Below, in pieces: positions 59,113 to 64,000 of a stretch of 64,000 nucleotides of DNA. Origin of the DNA: Alphaproteobacteria bacterium (lineage in GTDB: Bacteria; Pseudomonadota; Alphaproteobacteria; UBA6615). The stretch lies in contig CBDHEC010000024.1 of NCBI GenBank assembly GCA_965261975.1, positions 39,763 through 103,762 on the forward strand. The letters are read 5' to 3'. The notes below the pieces were generated by a model that ran no database searches, was not told the origin of the DNA, and saw nothing but the letters and a program-made list of their open reading frames with translations. A program made the position numbers and the translations under genes. The number at the start of each line of letters is the position of its first letter. The stretch's first letter is position 1.

Positions 59113-60354
59113 CTATTCGGCAGCTTCCGCATCCGGGAAATCCGCAATCTCATCGAGGGCCGGCTTGATCTCCTGCATGAAGATGCGCAGCTGGTCGATC
59201 ATGTCGTCCTTCGGGCATTGGGCGTAGTGGTAGATGAGGGTGATGTATTCCGCCGGCAGCTGTTTCCATTGTTCGACGTAGGAATCGCGAACCTCCGAGA
59301 CCGTGCCGTACTGGAACAGTCCGGTCTCGTCCATCAGCTCGATCAGGCGATCACCGTCGGCGCCTTCTGCCTTGCTGGTCCAGTCCGGGAACAGCGGGCC
59401 GTAGAAGTTCTGGAAGATGTCCCCCGACCAATCGAGCATCTTCTGCGCGCCGTCATCATGGCTCTCGCCCACATGGGGCCAGCGCACGATCGCCTGGTTC
59501 TGGCCATGGACGATGTTGAAGCCGTTCTGGTTGGCAACCTCGGTGTAACGCGGGCCGAAATCGGCGCAGCGCCCGATGCTGGAGAAATATGACGGGATGA
59601 ACCCCCGCGCGCCGGCATATTCGACGGTCTCGATCGAAGCGTTGGACGCGATGAATACCTTGGGATGCGGCCGGGTGTAGGGTGCGGGGACGACGGATAT
59701 CTTCCGCAGCTTGCCGTCCTCGTCCATTTCGCCCGGCGCGCCCATCTGGCGGGTAACATCGCCCATGAACCAGCCTTCGAGCCCTTCCTCATGGGGATAG
59801 GGATATTCCCAAAGGTCGCTCTTGTAGTCGAACGCATCCTCGGTCCAGGCCTTCATGACAATGTCGACCTGCTCCTCGAAGACCTTGCGATTGTGCTCGT
59901 CCGAGGCGCTCTTGTCCGACAGCGTTGCGACCGAGCCGAGCTTCTGGCCCAGCACATTCGCCCAACGCGACTGGTAACCTCGCGCGAAACCAACGAAGCA
60001 ACGCCCCTTGGTCATGTGATCGAGTGTCGCGGTTTCCTCCGCCACCCGGATCGGGTCGTCCACGCTCATCACATAGCCGAGGCTGCCGATGTTCAATCGT
60101 TTGGACAGGCCTGCCCAATAGCCGGTGTTGATGCCGATGCTCGGGCCGACCTCATAACCTTCGGAGTGGAAGTGATGCTCAATCGAGGACACACCCCACA
60201 CGCCGAGATCATCCATCGCGCGAATGAGGTCGGGCATGCCGTCCATGGCTTCCTGGTAGCGCTCCCGGTTGCGGCCGATCGGGCGCAGTTCCTTGCGCTC
60301 CTCCGGGCTCTCCGCACGAAGCATCGGGTACATCTGAACGACAACCTTCACCAT
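59113..60354 (-). CDS. LLM-class (luciferase-like) flavin-dependent monooxygenase
   Basis: Start at Met10 of the track ORF. SSIEHHFHSEGYE and LDHMTKGRCFVGFARG are typical of luciferase-like TIM barrels. Confidence 0.7.
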   Translation of the reverse strand: MVKVVVQMYPMLRAESPEERKELRPIGRNRERYQEAMDGMPDLIRAMDDLGVWGVSSIEHHFHSEGYEVGPSIGINTGYWAGLSKRLNIGSLGYVMSVDDPIRVAEETATLDHMTKGRCFVGFARGYQSRWANVLGQKLGSVATLSDKSASDEHNRKVFEEQVDIVMKAWTEDAFDYKSDLWEYPYPHEEGLEGWFMGDVTRQMGAPGEMDEDGKLRKISVVPAPYTRPHPKVFIASNASIETVEYAGARGFIPSYFSSIGRCADFGPRYTEVANQNGFNIVHGQNQAIVRWPHVGESHDDGAQKMLDWSGDIFQNFYGPLFPDWTSKAEGADGDRLIELMDETGLFQYGTVSEVRDSYVEQWKQLPAEYITLIYHYAQCPKDDMIDQLRIFMQEIKPALDEIADFPDAEAAE

Positions 60355-60402
60355 AGCGATTCCTCCCTCGCAATCCGGCATCCGCGGCAGTGCGGCGCCG
60401 GT

Positions 60403-60975
60403 CTAGACGTTGAACGGCGGCGCGGTGCTGCCCTCCTCGAGCTGCAGACGCATCGTGTTGATGAAGCGCGCCAGCATGCCGTAGTAGCCGATCATGATCG
60501 TGAGATCGACGAAGCCGTCATTGCCGAGTTCCGCCTTGAGCGCATCGACCATATCGTCGCCGACCTCTTCGTTGCGGGTCACCAGGCGGGCATATGTGGT
60601 CGCTATACCGACCATACCGGCCTCGGCCTCGATGGCCGGCGTGCCGACCTTCTTGAGCATTTCCTCGGGCGCCCCGACCTTGAGGGCAAATTCCCAGTGA
60701 TGGCCCCACTCATACGAACAGCGAAGTTCCTGAGCCACCGTCAGGATGACGTATTCGCGCAGCGCGTCGTCGAATTTGGTTCCGTAGCGCACATGCGCAC
60801 CGACGGGCGTGACCGCCGCCAGCGCGCCAGGGCTGTTGGCCAGCAGCGCAAACACATTGGGCATGCTGGTACGCCCGCGTGAGCGGATCACCTCGTCATA
60901 GGCTTCCAGAAACTCTGCAGGACAATCCTCACGCTCAACGCGCGACAGGCGGGCATTTTCCAATCCATCAGACAC
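60403..60975 (-). CDS. carboxymuconolactone decarboxylase (CMD/AhpD-like) family protein, copy 2
   Basis: 190 aa. EYVILTVAQELRCSYEWGHHWEFALKVG CMD-domain core. Confidence 0.7.
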   Translation of the reverse strand: MSDGLENARLSRVEREDCPAEFLEAYDEVIRSRGRTSMPNVFALLANSPGALAAVTPVGAHVRYGTKFDDALREYVILTVAQELRCSYEWGHHWEFALKVGAPEEMLKKVGTPAIEAEAGMVGIATTYARLVTRNEEVGDDMVDALKAELGNDGFVDLTIMIGYYGMLARFINTMRLQLEEGSTAPPFNV

Positions 60976-61183
60976 GTGCTCTCTCCCCCGTAAATCCGTC
61001 GGTAAAACAATCAGCTAGGTCTTCTTCGGCGCGGCGAATGTCGGGCACCGGACCGTTTGGTTGCCGGAAGCAAACCACCATCGGATTACCGGCGTCAACG
61101 TCAAGCGCCGACCGACGGGCCAAATCGCCGCCGGATGTGCTAAATGCGCATGGGACAATCGAGACAAACGCGGGACGGACCAC

Positions 61184-62263
61184 ATGGCCGAAACGGCTCC
61201 AGCGCGCATCGGTGCCTTCGCAGGCGCAGTGTTGATCGCAGCAGTGACGATCTTCTTTCTGATCGAAGGGCGCGACCTGCTGATCCCCATCGCGGTCGCC
61301 ATCGTGATCTGGTACCTGCTCAACGCGCTCGCGCGCTTCTTTCACCGCATCCCTCTGGGGGCCTGGCATCTGCCGAACTGGCTGGCGCTCACCGGTGCGG
61401 TCATCGTCATGATCGTGGCCATCGCGCTCGTCGCAGAGCTGATCAGCGACAATCTGGGCGAAGTTGCCGCCGCGGCTCCCGCTTACCAGGCCAATTTCGA
61501 AAACCTCGTCGCCCAGGCGTCGCGCCTGGCGGGTTTCGAGCAGCCGCCGGACATCGCCCATGTCATCGACGAGATCGACATCCGGGCGCTGATCACCTCA
61601 TTCGCCTCGACAGCCGCGGGCATTGCCGGATCCTTCGGCATCGTTCTTGTCTACGTGGTGTTCCTGCTGATCGAGCAAGGCAGCTTCGAGAGCAAGTTTT
61701 CGGCCCTGTTCCCCGATTCCGAACGCCGGCAGGATGTGCGTGACCTGCTGCATCGAATGCAGGCGCAGATCCAGACCTATGTGGCGATCAAGACATTGAT
61801 GAGTGTTCTCACCGGCGGCATCAGCTACGGGATCCTGCTCTTCGTGGGAGTCGATTTCGCCGGTTTCTGGGGTTTCGTCATCTTCCTGCTCAACTACATC
61901 CCGACAATCGGTTCGCTGCTCGGTATCCTGCTGCCGACCCTGCTGGCGGTTGTCCAGTTCGCCACGGTCGGCCCGGTGTTGACCGTGCTGATCGCCGGCG
62001 GCGCGACCCAGTTCGTGATTGGCAATCTGGTCGAGCCACGCCTGATGGGCACGTCGCTCAACATCTCGCCCCTGGTGGTACTTATCTCGCTGGCGGTGTG
62101 GGGCAGCATCTGGGGGCTCGCCGGCATGTTCCTGTCGGTGCCCCTGACGATGATCGTGATGATCGTCTGCTCCTACTTCACGCCGACCCGACCCATCGCG
62201 ATCATGCTGTCGGGCAACGGCAAGATCATGTTGTCGGGTAACGACAAGGTCGAGACCCGCTAG
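61184..62263 (+). CDS. AI-2E family (PerM/UPF0118) transporter
   Basis: Start at Met42 of the track ORF. 7-8 TM segments. LLNYIPTIGSLLG and FLSVPLT motifs. Confidence 0.8.
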   Translation: MAETAPARIGAFAGAVLIAAVTIFFLIEGRDLLIPIAVAIVIWYLLNALARFFHRIPLGAWHLPNWLALTGAVIVMIVAIALVAELISDNLGEVAAAAPAYQANFENLVAQASRLAGFEQPPDIAHVIDEIDIRALITSFASTAAGIAGSFGIVLVYVVFLLIEQGSFESKFSALFPDSERRQDVRDLLHRMQAQIQTYVAIKTLMSVLTGGISYGILLFVGVDFAGFWGFVIFLLNYIPTIGSLLGILLPTLLAVVQFATVGPVLTVLIAGGATQFVIGNLVEPRLMGTSLNISPLVVLISLAVWGSIWGLAGMFLSVPLTMIVMIVCSYFTPTRPIAIMLSGNGKIMLSGNDKVETR

Positions 62264-62291
62264 AACCTTCAGCCGAAACGCGGAGGCCGGA

Positions 62292-62585
62292 ATGTCGAAG
62301 CTGGACGATGAGGATGCCGTAGACCGCGCGGTGCGCGACCTGCAACGGTTTCTCGGCAAGGCGAAGGGTCTCGACACGGCCACTGTGCGTGCCATCGCAG
62401 ACCAGTTTCGCGCCGACGCGGCCCTGGCCCGCACGATGCGCCACCACCGGCATGTCTATGATGCGATCTCCGGATATTTCGAGCATGCCGCCGATGTCAG
62501 GGACAAGGCCGACGACGAGCATGGCAGCCCGATCGGCGACGCCGTGCGCGCGCTGGTCGAAAATCTCGACGACGACGCGCCCTAG
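62292..62585 (+). CDS. hypothetical small acidic protein
   Basis: 97 aa. GGAGG RBS 6 nt upstream and GC-rich third positions. No family recognised. Confidence 0.5.
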   Translation: MSKLDDEDAVDRAVRDLQRFLGKAKGLDTATVRAIADQFRADAALARTMRHHRHVYDAISGYFEHAADVRDKADDEHGSPIGDAVRALVENLDDDAP

Positions 62586-62588
62586 GCT

Positions 62589-64000
62589 TTACTCCGCGGC
62601 CTGCGCCGCACCGGCGTCGATAAGCTTGGTCAGCATCTGCGGATCAACCGGGTAATAGTCGATCTCCACGCTGAATTCCTCGAGTGCATTCTCGATCGCG
62701 GCGACAATCGCGGCGGCGGCCGGGATGGTGCCGCCCTCGCCCGCGCCTTTCACGCCGAGAGAATTCAGCGGTGACGGTGTTTCCATATGGGTGACATCGA
62801 CCCGCGGCATCTCGCTGGCGAGGGGCAGCAGATACTCGCCATAGTTGGTGGTCAGCGGCTGGCCCTGATCGTCATAGATCATGCGCTCGAACAACGCGTT
62901 GCCGATCCCGTGCACCACACCGCCGACGATCTGGCCGTGCACGACCTTGGGGTTGATCATCACGCCGCAATCATGGGCGACCGAATAGCGCAGCACCTTC
63001 ACCTCGCCGGTGCCCGGGTCGACCTCGACCTCGGCCACGTTCGAGCCGCAGGCGATCGGCGACCCGCTCGAACCATCGAAGGAAGTGGCTTCCAGCACCG
63101 GATCAAATCCGGCCGGAACCCGCATCGCCGACATCGGCGTCAGCTGCATGGCCAACTCACCCAGGGTGATGGAAACGTCCGGCGCCCCGTTCACACGGAC
63201 CACGCCATCCTCGATATCCAGATCGGCCTCCGACGCCTCCAGCACTTCGGCGGCAAGCTTCAGGGCCTTCTCGCGAACCTGGAACGCGGCATCATGGGCC
63301 GACGGGCCGACATTTGCCGCCACGCGGCTGCCGATCGTGCCAACCCCGTGAGAGAATTTCGCGGTATCGGCAGATTCGAACAGGATATCTTCCGGCGTTA
63401 CGCCGAGATTTCCCGCAACGATCATGGCGATCATCGTGTGATGGCCCTGCCCCTGGCTCGCGGCCCCGGTACGGACCGCGACCTTGCCCGATGATTCGAC
63501 GCGAACCGTCGTGCCCTCATAGGGGCCCATGCCCGTGTCCTCGATACATGAGGAAACCCCGATGCCCAGATAGCGCCCCTCGGCACGGGCTGCGGCCTGG
63601 CGTTCCTTGAAACTGCCATAGTCGGAAAGCTCCAGCACCTGGTCCAGCAACGCCTCATAGTCGCCGCTGTCGTAGATGCACGGGACACCGCCGCGAAGTT
63701 TCGCACCTGTCTCATAAGGCATCTGGTCCGGGCGCACATAGTTGCGCCGACGCACGTCGGCCGGGTCGATCCCGAGCTCGCGCGAGACCACCTGAACCAT
63801 GCGCTCGACGGCGTAGATGCCGCACGGACGCCCCGCGCCACGGACAGGCGAATTGGGCACCGTATTGGTGAACACGATATCCACCTGCACATCGATGGCC
63901 GGTATGGAATAGGCGCCCGGCAAGGGTGTGAGAGAGCTGTTCGGCAACAGAATGCCGTAGGGAACATAGGCGCCGTTCTCATGGGTCACCTTGCCGCGCA
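62589..64000 (-). CDS. molybdopterin-binding subunit of a xanthine dehydrogenase / CoxL-family oxidoreductase (C-terminal part; gene continues past the right edge)
   Basis: GAASQGQGHHTMIAMIVA and C-terminal GVKGAGEGGTIPAAAAIVAAIENAL are typical of CoxL/XdhB large subunits. The N-terminus is outside the window. Confidence 0.8.
   Translation of the reverse strand, partial: RGKVTHENGAYVPYGILLPNSSLTPLPGAYSIPAIDVQVDIVFTNTVPNSPVRGAGRPCGIYAVERMVQVVSRELGIDPADVRRRNYVRPDQMPYETGAKLRGGVPCIYDSGDYEALLDQVLELSDYGSFKERQAAARAEGRYLGIGVSSCIEDTGMGPYEGTTVRVESSGKVAVRTGAASQGQGHHTMIAMIVAGNLGVTPEDILFESADTAKFSHGVGTIGSRVAANVGPSAHDAAFQVREKALKLAAEVLEASEADLDIEDGVVRVNGAPDVSITLGELAMQLTPMSAMRVPAGFDPVLEATSFDGSSGSPIACGSNVAEVEVDPGTGEVKVLRYSVAHDCGVMINPKVVHGQIVGGVVHGIGNALFERMIYDDQGQPLTTNYGEYLLPLASEMPRVDVTHMETPSPLNSLGVKGAGEGGTIPAAAAIVAAIENALEEFSVEIDYYPVDPQMLTKLIDAGAAQAAE

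Overview
High-GC (by eye roughly 63-67%) chromosomal segment that reads like an alphaproteobacterium: CIRCE-controlled groES, a Usg-family gene, CtaA, and a GTTC-N7-GTTC SOS-type box. About 63 protein-coding genes can be supported. I found no rRNA, tRNA, CRISPR array, transposase, integrase or phage gene, and no recognisable defence system. Gene calls rest on motifs I recognise in the supplied translations; no searches were run. Where the track ORF starts too far upstream, I placed the internal start by counting codons from the ORF-track ends. Many long ORFs in the track are antisense artefacts of the high GC and were ignored.

Layout, left to right:
- 1-11.1 kb, housekeeping: groES (partial) with two CIRCE operators; usg; a Liv-type ABC importer with a fused LivH-LivM permease; an FprA-type reductase followed by korAB (2-oxoglutarate:ferredoxin oxidoreductase); ctaA.
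- 11.1-17.2 kb, DNA-damage block on the minus strand: HIT protein, Lhr-like ligase-associated helicase, then PdeM and photolyase. A lower-GC exported ORF of unknown function sits on the opposite strand between helicase and PdeM. An SOS-box-like direct repeat lies upstream of the block.
- 17.2-22.2 kb, miscellaneous: quinone oxidoreductase; a membrane protein carrying a perfect 87-bp in-frame tandem duplication; a fatty-acid hydroxylase; an MFS transporter; a crotonase.
- 22.2-25.3 kb: a His-rich COG0523 metallochaperone next to hisI and pyrC copies, each with a substitution at a canonical zinc ligand.
- 25.3-41.5 kb, aromatic-CoA block: boxC-boxB-benzoate-CoA ligase with no boxA or boxD in the window; a second Liv-type ABC importer; RidA, SDR, MarR, an atypical OYE-like flavoprotein, FadB-like and MaoC genes.
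- 41.5-51.5 kb: an APH-type kinase and an ACAD10/11-like acyl-CoA dehydrogenase (Lva-like 4-hydroxyacyl-CoA logic), separated by an amidohydrolase / GGT-like / M20 module.
- 51.7-61 kb: an island of orphan lactone- and glutathione-related genes. These are a muconolactone-isomerase-like protein, two tandem GSTs, an exported DLH-family hydrolase, two CMD-family proteins, a frameshifted methyltransferase, a second GGT-like protein and an LLM monooxygenase.
- 61-64 kb: an AI-2E transporter, a small orphan ORF and a partial CoxL/XdhB-type molybdoenzyme subunit.

The observations I consider most worth follow-up are:
- the zinc-ligand-substituted hisI/pyrC pair beside COG0523;
- the GST/GGT/lactone island;
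- the split kinase/ACAD pair;
- the interrupted Lhr-PdeM unit with its SOS-like box;
- the perfect 87-bp duplication;
- the G7 frameshift.
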